Assembly: GCA_040905905.1 (NCBI GenBank) | Contig: JBBDQN010000031.1 | Coordinates: forward strand, 150,637-214,636 | Reading direction: 5' to 3' | DNA length: 64,000 nucleotides | Source: Acidimicrobiia bacterium | GTDB taxonomy: Bacteria; Actinomycetota; Acidimicrobiia; Spongiisociales; ZC4RG35 | In this document: positions 19,707 through 28,936 of the stretch, one piece after another | Layout: each line of letters starts with the position of its first letter | How positions within the stretch are numbered: position 1 is the stretch's first letter | The notes under the pieces: generated by a model | The model's input: the letters and a program-made list of their open reading frames with translations, nothing else | What the model was told of the DNA's origin: nothing | Databases searched by the model: none | Position numbers and translations under genes: made by a program

Positions 19707-20465
19707 GTGAGCTTCACCGTTTCGGCGGCCTCGTACGACCGGTTCATGGGCCGCTATTCGACCCAACTCGCCCCCCAGCTTGCCGACGTGGCCAAGGTGG
19801 TCGCTGGTGAGCGCGTGCTCGACGTCGGTTGCGGCCCCGGCGCTCTCACCGCCGAACTCGTCAAACGGCTAGGTGCTGAGGCGGTATCGGCCGTCGACCC
19901 CTCCGAGGCGTTCGTGGCGGCATTGCGGGACCGGCTCCCGGCGGTAGACGTACAGAGAGCCTCGGCCGAGGCGTTGCCGTTTCCAGACCAGTCCTTTGAC
20001 TGCACCCTGGCCCAACTGGTGGTTCACTTCATGACCGACCCGGTGGCGGGCCTCGGTGAGATGAGACGGGTGACCCGCTCCGGTGGGGTGTTGGCGGCGT
20101 GTGTCTGGGACTTCGCCAGCAATCGCGGCCCGCTCGGCCCTTTCTGGGAGGCGGCTCGCAAACTCGACCCCGAAGTGGAGAATGAAGCAGTTCGTCCTGG
20201 TACACGCCAGGGCCACTTGTTCGAGTTGTTCCAGCCCGCAGGTCTGGGTGAGATCGAGGAGAGCACCGTGTCAGCGGCGATCGAACATGCAACCATCGAA
20301 GACTGGTGGGAGCCCTTCACCCTCGGGGTAGGCCCGGCCGGAATCCACGTCGCAGGACTCGAACCGGATCGACAGCTCCTGCTACGCGACCTCTGCCGTG
20401 ACCAGCTCCCGGACTTTCCCTTCGTGCAGACGGCCCACGCTTGGGCAGTCCGTGGCCGGGCCTAG
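19707..20465 (+). CDS. Class I SAM-dependent methyltransferase
   Basis: SAM-binding motif I VLDVGCGPGALT. Confidence 0.8.
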   Translation: MSFTVSAASYDRFMGRYSTQLAPQLADVAKVVAGERVLDVGCGPGALTAELVKRLGAEAVSAVDPSEAFVAALRDRLPAVDVQRASAEALPFPDQSFDCTLAQLVVHFMTDPVAGLGEMRRVTRSGGVLAACVWDFASNRGPLGPFWEAARKLDPEVENEAVRPGTRQGHLFELFQPAGLGEIEESTVSAAIEHATIEDWWEPFTLGVGPAGIHVAGLEPDRQLLLRDLCRDQLPDFPFVQTAHAWAVRGRA

Positions 20466-20725
20466 ACATCCTGAGAGGGCCTCAGACATTGACGGCAGTT
20501 GGGTTTTCTGCTGTCATGCCGCCACTTGACGCGCTCATCAAGAGCGGTGGAGGGACAGGCCCTTTGAAGCCGCGGCAACCGACCCGATCGGTGCCAATGC
20601 CTGATCGATGAGTCAGTGGAAGCGGATCGTCCGCCTCGCTGGCATTCGAAGAGTGCGTAGCAGCGAGAGGAGTACTTAACCGATGTCAATATGCTCGTAG
20701 AACGCCAACCGCTCGAGAGCCACCC

Positions 20726-20740
20726 GGAGGGTCTCCCTCC
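20726..20740 (+). promoter_or_regulatory. Perfect small inverted repeat GGAGGGtctCCCTCC upstream of the OsmC gene
   Basis: Seen directly in the AT-richer 5' region of the OsmC-family gene; its function is unknown. Confidence 0.2.
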
Positions 20741-20787
20741 TCCGCGTTTCGCCCCGTTTCGATCGCACAACCATCCAAGGAGAGAAA

Positions 20788-21348
20788 ATGACGACCACAA
20801 AGAAACCTATCGACAACGGCGTCAACGTCGAGGCGCTGCTCGGCGCCCGTAACGCCCTAGTCGACGCTCCCCAAGCCGCTCAGTTCACCTGGCGGGCCAC
20901 CAACAGTTGGGTCAGGGGAACCCACAGCAACTCCGTCGTCGAAGGCTTCTTTGGCCTGGGAGATGAACAGAAACACCGATCGACCTTCACCTTCGACGCC
21001 GATCATCCCGAGGTATTCGCCTCCGAGGACCAGGGAGCCACACCCGTGGAGCTGGTGCTTGTCGGCCTGGCAAGCTGCTTGACGGCCGGCATCGCTTCCG
21101 TCGCCCAGAACCGGGAGATTCAGCTCAACTCGGTAAAGGCCACCATCGAAGGCAACATGGACATTCTCGGCATCCTCGGTGGCGACCCCGAAGTCCGCAA
21201 CGGCTTCAACGGGATCAAGGTCAGGTACGAGATCGACGCCGATGCCTCCCAGAAGGAAATCGAGGCGATCGTGGCCCAGTCCCAGAAGCGCTCGGCCGTC
21301 TTCGACGTCATCACCAACCCGACCAACGTGACCGTCGAGGTCAACTAA
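20788..21348 (+). CDS. OsmC/Ohr family peroxiredoxin-like protein
   Basis: OsmC-family pattern including PVELVLVGLASCL (the conserved Cys region). A good RBS AAGGAGAGAAA precedes the ATG. Confidence 0.8.
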   Translation: MTTTKKPIDNGVNVEALLGARNALVDAPQAAQFTWRATNSWVRGTHSNSVVEGFFGLGDEQKHRSTFTFDADHPEVFASEDQGATPVELVLVGLASCLTAGIASVAQNREIQLNSVKATIEGNMDILGILGGDPEVRNGFNGIKVRYEIDADASQKEIEAIVAQSQKRSAVFDVITNPTNVTVEVN

Positions 21349-21360
21349 GCCATCGGGGGC

Positions 21361-22599
21361 ATGCGCAGAACAACCGTCGTGATCGGGGCCGGGCACACCG
21401 GTCTGGCCATCAGTCACTACCTCACCCAACGCTCGATCGACCACGTTGTCCTCGAGCGAGGTGAGGTGGCCAACTCCTGGCGCAACGAGCGCTGGGACTC
21501 GCTGCGCCTGTTGACGCCGAACTGGCAGAGCCGGCTGCCCGGTGTCGCCTACGACGGGGACGAGCCCGACGGGTACATGACCATGCCCGAGGTGATCGGG
21601 TTCATCGACAGCTACGCCAAACAGATCGCCGCGCCAATCCAAACCAACACCACGGTGACGTCGCTTAGTGGCGTCGATGGTGGGTATCGAGTGGTCACCG
21701 ACCAGGGGGTCTGGGAGGCACCGACGGTTGTGATTGCAACTGGTGGGTTCAATAAGGCGAAGGTTCCAGCCATCGCCGACTCGGTACCGGCCGGGGTCGA
21801 AATGGTCACCCCGACCACCTACCGCCGACCCGATCAACTTCCTGACGGAGGGGTTCTGGTCGTAGGTGCTTCGGCCACCGGCATCCAGATCGCTGACGAG
21901 GTCCATCGCTCGGGCCGGCCGGTCACCCTCGCCGTCGGCGAGCACGTGCGGTTGCCGCGGGTGTATCGGGGCAAGGACATCTTCTGGTGGCTGGAGCGGA
22001 CCGGCATCCTCGACGAGCGCTACGACGAGGTCGACGATCTGGTCCGGGCCCGCAACATCTCGTCGCCCCAACTCGTCGGGACGCCCGACCGGATCACTTT
22101 GGACCTCAACGCCCTGACCGACCGGGGAGTGAGGCTGGTCGGCCGCTTTGCCGGTGTCACCGAAGGCAAGGCATTGTTCTCAGGCGGACTTCGCAACAAG
22201 TGCAACCTGGCCGATCTCAAGATGGGTCGGTTGCTCGACACGATCGATGAGTGGGTCACCGAGCACGGTCTTGATGGAGAGGTCGACTCACCCCACCGTT
22301 TTGCTCCGACCCGGGTCGAAAACTCGCCGCCACTAACGATCGATCTGGAGCGTGAGTTCTCCACAATCATCTGGGCGACTGGTTACGTGGCCGACTACTC
22401 CTGGCTCCACCTGCCGGTGCTCGACCGCAAGGGCCAACTCCGCCACGAAGCCGGCATCGTGGTCGACGCCCCCGGCATCTACCGGATCGGACTGAACCTG
22501 CTGCGCCGCCGCAAGTCGAGCTTTATCCACGGCGCCGAAGCCGACGCCCGCGACCTAACCGATCACATTGTCGCCCACCTCGGTGTGAGGACTCCGTGA
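21361..22599 (+). CDS. FAD/NAD(P)-binding oxidoreductase (flavin-containing monooxygenase / CzcO-like)
   Basis: The N-terminal dinucleotide-binding motif VVIGAGHTGLA and a second GxGxxG VVGASATG are typical of FMO-like and K+-transport flavoproteins. Confidence 0.7.
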   Translation: MRRTTVVIGAGHTGLAISHYLTQRSIDHVVLERGEVANSWRNERWDSLRLLTPNWQSRLPGVAYDGDEPDGYMTMPEVIGFIDSYAKQIAAPIQTNTTVTSLSGVDGGYRVVTDQGVWEAPTVVIATGGFNKAKVPAIADSVPAGVEMVTPTTYRRPDQLPDGGVLVVGASATGIQIADEVHRSGRPVTLAVGEHVRLPRVYRGKDIFWWLERTGILDERYDEVDDLVRARNISSPQLVGTPDRITLDLNALTDRGVRLVGRFAGVTEGKALFSGGLRNKCNLADLKMGRLLDTIDEWVTEHGLDGEVDSPHRFAPTRVENSPPLTIDLEREFSTIIWATGYVADYSWLHLPVLDRKGQLRHEAGIVVDAPGIYRIGLNLLRRRKSSFIHGAEADARDLTDHIVAHLGVRTP

Positions 22600-22771
22600 G
22601 GTACACCGATCAGAATGGCTTCTCCCAGAAATGTCTGAACTGCGACACTCGTTGGGATGCAGCCAAAGGTAGACGGGTACTAAAAGACCAGGCTCATCGA
22701 CGTGCCGGCGCTAAATCAGTCTCGGCGAGTCAGGAAACTTGAACTCTCCCGCCTTACGGATCGCCTCGACC

Positions 22772-23296
22772 TCAGCCCTCTACCTGGAACTCGGTGGCCA
22801 TGCCCAGGAAGGCGTGAGGGGTCCCGTCGCCCATGTCGGGTGGGCCTTCGCCGCCTCCTTGATCTGCCATCGCAGCTTCGACGACGGCCGGGTCCGCTCC
22901 TTGGGGAATGAAGCAGACAAGGGCATAGCGACCGGCTTCCGAAACGGTGATGGAGGTGCCTGGCCCTTCGGGGTTGACACCGGTCTCGCCGGGGAGGGCA
23001 ACAAGTAAGCCCTGGAACTCGACCAGTGCGTCCGACTCCTCTTCGGGGAGAGCCAAGAGTTCGTCGATGGTCCGCTCCTCGCCGTCGACGATCTTCACGA
23101 CGACCATCTCGTGAACCTCAGCCGCTGAAGCGTTGGTGAACGTCAATTCGGCGCCAGTCTGCACGGCGCCTGGAACCCCATTGAACGCATAGTCCATACC
23201 GGTTATCTCGATGGTGCCGCCCACGGGCGACTCAGTGCCAGCGCAGGCGCCAGCAGCCAACAAGCCCACCACCAATACGATCTGATTCTTCTTCAT
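22772..23296 (-). CDS. Secreted lipoprotein of unknown function
   Basis: Signal peptide plus lipobox MKKNQIVLVVGLLAAGAC; no confident domain. Confidence 0.6.
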   Translation of the reverse strand: MKKNQIVLVVGLLAAGACAGTESPVGGTIEITGMDYAFNGVPGAVQTGAELTFTNASAAEVHEMVVVKIVDGEERTIDELLALPEEESDALVEFQGLLVALPGETGVNPEGPGTSITVSEAGRYALVCFIPQGADPAVVEAAMADQGGGEGPPDMGDGTPHAFLGMATEFQVEG

Positions 23297-23836
23297 GATC
23301 CCCTTCTTGATTGACGCGAGCGCCTCTGTCTCGCTGATCGCATCGTAACGGGATGGCTGGGGCTAGTCACTGGCCTGGTGTGTCTGCTTAGGGTGAGGCG
23401 GAACACCGGGTTCCTCCGAGCGTGGGAAAGGCCTATCAATGCCGGTGCGACCGCCCGGTCGGCCGAATAGTCCGACGACCGAGCATTGATTCGATGCGGC
23501 ACGGTCAGTGCGCCACCTGTTCTGGCTGCCTGGAGTTGGTGTTTCCGCAGGCGTGTCCGTACTCCCAGAGGTACCGTGGCTGACTCGAGGAGGTGACGGT
23601 GCAACGCGCGCCCGTGTTATCCCCGTCAGCGGCATCACCAGCGACGCTGAGGAGCTCATGGGCGAATTGATTGGCGAAGGAGCGCCCACCGCGAGCCACG
23701 ATGCAATACCACCGTCACCAGCTCCGCACGCCGTATCGGCGACGTTGGACCTTGAGATCTCGCCGTCTTCCGAGCCGGGCGAAGGGCCCCAAAAGCCCTA
23801 GATGCGGTTGCCGCTCCAGACAACAGGATTGACTTA

Positions 23837-25324
23837 GTGCCTGGCAAGGAATCGGACTATGAGAGCAAGCGGAGTTTTGACCGGACGCCAGAGCCGCCCA
23901 CCTCGGCGGCGGGGGAGGACGTCGACCCGCGGGTAGCCTCGGTCGGACCGTCTTTCGTAATTCATCAGCACTACGCCACCAACCTCCATCACGATCTTCG
24001 GCTCGAGATGCTCAATGACTCCGGACCGGTGTTGGTGTCGTGGGCTGTTCCAAAAGGAGTCCCGTGGCGGCCGGACACCAAAGTGCTGGCGGTGCGGACC
24101 GAGGACCACCCGATCGAATACGGGTCGTTTAGCGGATCGATCCCGGCCGACAACTATGGCGCCGGCGAAGTTCGCATCTTCGATGCCGGCACGTACGAGA
24201 TCGACGAACGTGACCGCAAGAAGGTCAGCTTCCGGCTGCAGGGTCGCCGACTCGACGGGCTCTACCACCTCATCAAGACGAAGTTCTCGGAAGGTCGAGA
24301 ATCCTGGCTGTTGTTCATGACCGAGGACTATCGCCCACCGCCCGAGCCGCAACCACGACTCGAGCCCATGCTGGCCACCCTCGCTGCTGATCCCTTTGAC
24401 GACCCCGGCTTCCAGTTCGAACCGAAGTGGGATGGGGTCAGGGCGTTGGCCGTATGTGACGAACAGACCGCCCTCTACTCCCGGCTCGGCAACGAGATCA
24501 CCGACGGCTATCCGGAGTTGGGGGCGCTCCATCGCCGACTGGTAGCAACCGACGCCATCCTTGACGGTGAGATCGTTGCCTTCGACGACGGAACCCCCTC
24601 CTTTCAGAAGCTCCAGTCTCGGATGCATGTCCGCGACCGCCGTCAAGTCGAACTGCTTATGAAGAGTGTGCCGGTGGTATTCATGGCCTTCGATCTCCTC
24701 TATCTCGACGGGCGCGACCTCACCCGGATGACATTGGAAGAACGACGATCCCTTCTCGGGGAAGTAGTCGTAGTCGACGATCGCGTCCAGGTCTCCCCGG
24801 CGATCCGTGAGGACGGCGTCGCCCTGTTCGAGGCGGCCAAGACCCAGGGTTTGGAAGGCATCATGGCCAAACGCCTCTCATCGCTCTACCACCCGGGTGC
24901 CCGCTCTCGCGAGTGGCTCAAGGTCAAGACCAAATTCGACCTCGATGCCGTCGTCGTGGGTTGGACCCATGGCACCGGCAACCGCCAGGGTACCATTGGC
25001 TCTCTGGCGCTTGCCCTATATGACGGCGACGACCTTGTCTATATAGGCAACGTCGGCACCGGCCTCAACCAACGCTCGCTCGACGATGCATTGCGAAAAC
25101 TACAGGCGCTCGATGAGGTGCCACCACCTTTCACCTCCCAGGTCATCAAGAGCCGTCCCGAGCTCCGCAAAGCCCGCTGGGTGGCACCAGCGTTGGTGGC
25201 AACCGTTGAGTACCGGCAACTGACCCAGGCGAAACGGCTCCGAGCCCCTTCTTTTCTCGGGTTCCGAGACGACAAGAAGCCGCAGGACTGCACGGTCGAC
25301 CAGCTGTCTAACGAAACTCGCTGA
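23837..25324 (+). CDS. ligD: ATP-dependent DNA ligase LigD with phosphoesterase plus ligase domains and no polymerase domain
   Basis: The N-terminal LigD 3'-phosphoesterase signature FVIHQHYATNLHHDLRLE is followed by the ligase adenylation motif I EPKWDGVRA and OB-fold motifs. Confidence 0.8.
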   Translation: MPGKESDYESKRSFDRTPEPPTSAAGEDVDPRVASVGPSFVIHQHYATNLHHDLRLEMLNDSGPVLVSWAVPKGVPWRPDTKVLAVRTEDHPIEYGSFSGSIPADNYGAGEVRIFDAGTYEIDERDRKKVSFRLQGRRLDGLYHLIKTKFSEGRESWLLFMTEDYRPPPEPQPRLEPMLATLAADPFDDPGFQFEPKWDGVRALAVCDEQTALYSRLGNEITDGYPELGALHRRLVATDAILDGEIVAFDDGTPSFQKLQSRMHVRDRRQVELLMKSVPVVFMAFDLLYLDGRDLTRMTLEERRSLLGEVVVVDDRVQVSPAIREDGVALFEAAKTQGLEGIMAKRLSSLYHPGARSREWLKVKTKFDLDAVVVGWTHGTGNRQGTIGSLALALYDGDDLVYIGNVGTGLNQRSLDDALRKLQALDEVPPPFTSQVIKSRPELRKARWVAPALVATVEYRQLTQAKRLRAPSFLGFRDDKKPQDCTVDQLSNETR

Positions 25325-26258
25325 CCGCATCCGCAACCACGTCCGGGAAGTTTTCTCCACCGCCGTGGCCGGCATCATCGAGAACCTCAAGCCGGCTGGT
25401 GGTCCACCGTTGGGCGAGCTTCCAGGCCGTCTCCAATGGGCTGCTGACGTCGTACCGCCCGTGTATCAAAACGCCCGGTATGCCATTGAGGACCGGCGCG
25501 TCTCTCAGGAGTTGGTCATTGTCGAGGAACGCATGGTTGCTCCAGTAATGAGTAACCAGCCGGGCGAATCGCAGGCGGAAGTCCGGGTCTTCGTAACGCG
25601 GGTTGGGCTGATGACCAGGAGTGAGGGAGACGTGGGCATCTTCCCAAGCACACCATTCCCGAGCGGCGTTGTCACGAACAGCCGGGTCGGGGTCGAAAAG
25701 CAGGGTGGCGTAGGCATCGACCAAAGGGATGTTGCGCAACTCGTCGGGCACGGCCGCCGCAAACTGTTCCCACTCCTGGGGGAAGATCCGACCGACGTCC
25801 TGGGTCAACCACTCGACCTCAGGTCGTGAGGTCGTCGTAACCAGAGCCAACACCATGGCGTTGACTCGCTGCGGATACTCCTGGGCATAGGCCAGACCGA
25901 GGGTGGTACCCCACGACATCCCGAGGATGGTCCAACTTTCCACCTTGTGAAAGAGCCGCAGTTTCTCGATGTCGCCGATCAGATGGGAGGTGGTGTTGGT
26001 GGCCAGAGTCGCATGGGGATCGCTGGCCAAGGGTCGGCTCTGTCCGGAGCCACGTTGGTCAAACAGGGTTACCCGGTAGGCATCCGGATCAAAGAAGCGG
26101 CGCTGACCCGCACCGAACCCCGAACCGGGCCCACCATGCAAAAAGAGAGCGGGTTTGCCATGGGGGTTACCGCAACTTTCCCAATACACCTGGTGCCCGT
26201 CACCGACCTCGAGCATGCCGCGGTCATACGGCTCAATCGGTGGGAATCTGCCCGTCAT
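25308..26258 (-). CDS. pip: Proline iminopeptidase (prolyl aminopeptidase, S33)
   Basis: YWESCGNPHGKPALFLHGGPGSG and the nucleophile elbow GMSWGTTLG. The ATG at 26258 is chosen over the longer ORF. Confidence 0.8.
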   Translation of the reverse strand: MTGRFPPIEPYDRGMLEVGDGHQVYWESCGNPHGKPALFLHGGPGSGFGAGQRRFFDPDAYRVTLFDQRGSGQSRPLASDPHATLATNTTSHLIGDIEKLRLFHKVESWTILGMSWGTTLGLAYAQEYPQRVNAMVLALVTTTSRPEVEWLTQDVGRIFPQEWEQFAAAVPDELRNIPLVDAYATLLFDPDPAVRDNAAREWCAWEDAHVSLTPGHQPNPRYEDPDFRLRFARLVTHYWSNHAFLDNDQLLRDAPVLNGIPGVLIHGRYDVSSPLETAWKLAQRWTTSRLEVLDDAGHGGGENFPDVVADAVSEFR

Positions 26259-26554
26259 TTTCCGCGCTTGCGACGCCGTCCCCATCCGCGCCCACCAAAC
26301 AGGATCCCTGCCCCGAGCACAAAACCGAGGTCGTACCAATTGCCGTTGTTGTCAACCTCGTAGAAGTTCACGTTGTCCGAGAAGAGAGAAATGATGAAGG
26401 TGACGGGGGCGATGACTCCGTGCCACAGGCCCAGCCAGAAGCCGGCCACGGCTTCCCCTTCCACAGCCGTTCCTACTTCGGGGTTCACGCCGGCGGCACA
26501 TGCCGCCAGCAGCACGCCAAACACCACCACCGTCACCGCCCGGGCGTACCTCAC
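26255..26554 (-). CDS. Small membrane protein of unknown function (99 aa)
   Basis: The GTG at 26554 is preceded by the RBS AAAAGGAG. It has two hydrophobic segments and a basic tail GRGWGRRRKRGK, and overlaps pip by 4 nt, so it is co-transcribed. Confidence 0.5.
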   Translation of the reverse strand: MRYARAVTVVVFGVLLAACAAGVNPEVGTAVEGEAVAGFWLGLWHGVIAPVTFIISLFSDNVNFYEVDNNGNWYDLGFVLGAGILFGGRGWGRRRKRGK

Positions 26555-26574
26555 AAAGAAGCTCCTTTTCGCTT

Positions 26575-27936
26575 TCAGCGGGCCTTGGGTTGGTACAGCG
26601 GCCATTCCCCGGGCACTCCTTTGAGTTGGACACTGCCGAAGGGAGCGAACTCGATGCCCGAGCCGACCACGAGGTCTTTCACCGTTCCCGAGACCAGGAT
26701 CCCACCAGAGTCGGCCTGACTCATTACCCGAGACGCAATGTGCACCCCCACGCCGGCGATGTCGTCTTCGCGGAGCTCAACCTCACCGGTGTGGATTCCG
26801 GCCCGTAGCTCGAGGCCAATCGCGGCCACCTGTTCCACAATCTCAACTGCGCACGACACAGCCCGGGCAGGACCGTCGAAGATGGCGACGCATCCGTCGC
26901 CGGTCATCTTGATCTCACGGCCGCGGAATCGTTCGAGTTGCGCTCGCACGATGCGGTTGTGGTGTTCGAGTAGGTCGAGCCAGCGTTGGTCACCCAGGGA
27001 CGAGGCCAAGGCGGTGGAGCCGACGATGTCGGTGAAGAGAACCGTGGCCAGCACTCGATCACCGCGCACGGCATCTCGCCTTCCAGTCAAGAATTCTTCG
27101 ACGCGATCGAGCGTCGGTCCGAAATCTCCGGCGTGAAAGGGAAGCGTGTCGGCCCCTTCCAGCAGGTGGAACTCGGCACCGTGGATGTGCTCGGCCAGGT
27201 ACTCGCCGAAAGCAGGCCGGTGGAATTTGGCCTCGCGTCTCGCCAGAACCAGCGTGGGAGCGGTGATCAACGCGAGGGCCGCGCGGACGTCGACCTCCCC
27301 GAACCACTCGAAGGTCGTCTTGGCCAAGCCCAATGGCAGGCAAAGTCGCTGATATCGGGTCCACCAATTGCGAAAACGCATGTCGTTGGCGACGCTCGGA
27401 GCGGTGAGGTCGAGCATGTCGCCGGTGGTGCCATGTTGGGCAACGTATTGCCGAGAGAGGGATTCGGCTGCCTGAGGGGGCGCGCCGATCGGGTAGTCAT
27501 CCTCTCTCGGAAGATGAGGGAGCGCATTGACCAACACGAGGGCACGGACCCGCTCGGGATCGACGGCGGCGAGCATCATCGCCGAGAGACCGCCCTCGGT
27601 GTCACCGTAGATCACCGCCTGTTTCGCTCCGGCGGCATCCAGAACTGCTCGTACATCGTCGACGTTGTCTTCGATCGTCATCCACATGTTGCGGCCGGGA
27701 ACCGGATCCGAGACTCCCGACCCGCGCATGTCGTAGCGGATGACCCGGCCCATCGAGCTCAAACGATCGAAGAAGCGGGCGGCCGAAGGTTCGTCCCAGA
27801 TGGCGTCGGCGTTACTCAGGGCGCCGGTGATGAACATGATGTCTCGGTCGCCGCTGCCGAATACCTGATAGCCGACGTATCCGAGATTGGACTCGGCGTA
27901 CCGGGTCTGAGGACCGCCACCACGCCCGAGCACCAT
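26575..27936 (-). CDS. Alpha/beta hydrolase - class III adenylate cyclase fusion protein (LipJ/Rv1900c-like)
   Basis: The N-terminal alpha/beta hydrolase domain is followed by the cyclase core VLATVLFTDIVGSTAL....KMTGDGCVAIF....GIHTGEVE. Confidence 0.75.
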   Translation of the reverse strand: MVLGRGGGPQTRYAESNLGYVGYQVFGSGDRDIMFITGALSNADAIWDEPSAARFFDRLSSMGRVIRYDMRGSGVSDPVPGRNMWMTIEDNVDDVRAVLDAAGAKQAVIYGDTEGGLSAMMLAAVDPERVRALVLVNALPHLPREDDYPIGAPPQAAESLSRQYVAQHGTTGDMLDLTAPSVANDMRFRNWWTRYQRLCLPLGLAKTTFEWFGEVDVRAALALITAPTLVLARREAKFHRPAFGEYLAEHIHGAEFHLLEGADTLPFHAGDFGPTLDRVEEFLTGRRDAVRGDRVLATVLFTDIVGSTALASSLGDQRWLDLLEHHNRIVRAQLERFRGREIKMTGDGCVAIFDGPARAVSCAVEIVEQVAAIGLELRAGIHTGEVELREDDIAGVGVHIASRVMSQADSGGILVSGTVKDLVVGSGIEFAPFGSVQLKGVPGEWPLYQPKAR

Positions 27937-27940
27937 CAGG

Positions 27941-28249
27941 TCACCCGTTGAGGCGAAAGGCTTCGTGGATCGCGTCTACTGCCGAGGTCTCGCCTGTGAC
28001 ACCCAGAACCATCTCGCCGTCCACATCATCAATGTCCCATGCGACGAACCCACAACAATCGCGTTCTGCGGCCACCAGCCGGTTCAACTCGACTCTTACG
28101 GATTCGTCATCCTTAAATCGAACCCTCAACTCGAGAGGCGAGCGCTCCTCGGAGAGCCGATCTGCGATAAGGGCACGCCAGTCGAGCCAGCGTTGTCGTG
28201 CCTGGTTGCCCTCCAACGAACAGGCAATCGGCAGAAAGCGGCGGTCCAT
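27941..28249 (-). CDS. Hypothetical protein (102 aa) with a conserved CC pair
   Basis: The ORF lies between ubiX and the cyclase gene on the same strand; no domain was recognised. Confidence 0.4.
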   Translation of the reverse strand: MDRRFLPIACSLEGNQARQRWLDWRALIADRLSEERSPLELRVRFKDDESVRVELNRLVAAERDCCGFVAWDIDDVDGEMVLGVTGETSAVDAIHEAFRLNG

Positions 28250-28268
28250 AGTCAGATTCTGCCACAGG

Positions 28269-28853
28269 CTATTCCGGAGCCGACTCCCAGCGCTTGAACA
28301 GGGTATGTTCGATGGCGAACTGGTCGAGGATCTTTCCGGCCGTATGGTTGAGCAGATCGTCGATGGTTTGGGGCCGGTGGTAAAAGGCCGGAACCGGGGG
28401 AAGGATCACCGCTCCTGCCAGGGTGGCGGTTTCCATGTTGCGAAGGTGGATGAGGCTCAACGGCGTTTCCCGGGGGACCAGCACCAGCTTGCGTCGCTCC
28501 TTGAGGGTGACGTCGGCCGACCTGGTGAGAAGATCGGTTGAGTTGCCAGTGGCGATAGCCGCCAGAGTGCGCATTGAACAGGGAACCACCACCATCCCCA
28601 ACGTGACAAAGGAGCCAGACGATGGGCCGGCCGCGAGGTTTCCTGAGTCGTGACAGACGTCGGCAAGGCTCTCGACCTCCGCCGGATCTGTTTCCATCTC
28701 AAGCTTGATGGTGAGTCGCGCCGCGTTGGAGAGAACCAAGTGAGTTTCGACTGTCCCGAGGTCCCGAAGGGCACGAAGGACAGCAACACCCAGATGGGGC
28801 GCACTCGAACCAGATATCCCCACCACCAGTCGCGGTCGAGTCAACCGGGCCAT
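28269..28853 (-). CDS. ubiX: UbiX/Pad1 family flavin prenyltransferase (prenyl-FMN synthase)
   Basis: N-terminal RLVVGISGSSAPHLGVAVLRALRDL matches the UbiX flavoprotein fold. The ATG at 28853 is preferred; a GTG at 28871 is also possible. Confidence 0.8.
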   Translation of the reverse strand: MARLTRPRLVVGISGSSAPHLGVAVLRALRDLGTVETHLVLSNAARLTIKLEMETDPAEVESLADVCHDSGNLAAGPSSGSFVTLGMVVVPCSMRTLAAIATGNSTDLLTRSADVTLKERRKLVLVPRETPLSLIHLRNMETATLAGAVILPPVPAFYHRPQTIDDLLNHTAGKILDQFAIEHTLFKRWESAPE

Positions 28854-28903
28854 CAAATGCGTCCCTTGCACACTTGTAACCTCATCTCTAGCATCCGCTG
28901 GCC

Positions 28904-28929
28904 ATCAGTTTGTCTGGCAATCAGTTTAG
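28904..28929 (+). promoter_or_regulatory. Candidate GntR operator copy (ATCAGTTTGTCTGGCAATCAGTTTAG) in the ubiX/DUF divergent promoter region
   Basis: It contains TTGTCTGGCAA, the reverse complement of the TTGCCAGACAA repeated upstream of the amidohydrolase gene at 35502-35582. Compare ATCAGaTTGTCaGGCAATCAG at 35561. Confidence 0.5.
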
Positions 28930-28936
28930 CGCTCGA

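Noticed and set aside
20857-22071. 404-aa minus-strand ORF overlapping the OsmC and FMO-like genes
   Set aside because: Both plus-strand genes have clear family signatures and proper RBS and start signals. Long antisense ORFs are expected in a genome of about 70% GC, and this one has no recognisable domain.
23508-23801. 97-aa plus-strand ORF in the lipoprotein/ligD intergenic region
   Set aside because: Third-codon-position GC is about 55%, well below the 75-80% seen in neighbouring genes. It has no RBS and no homology, so it was left as non-coding.
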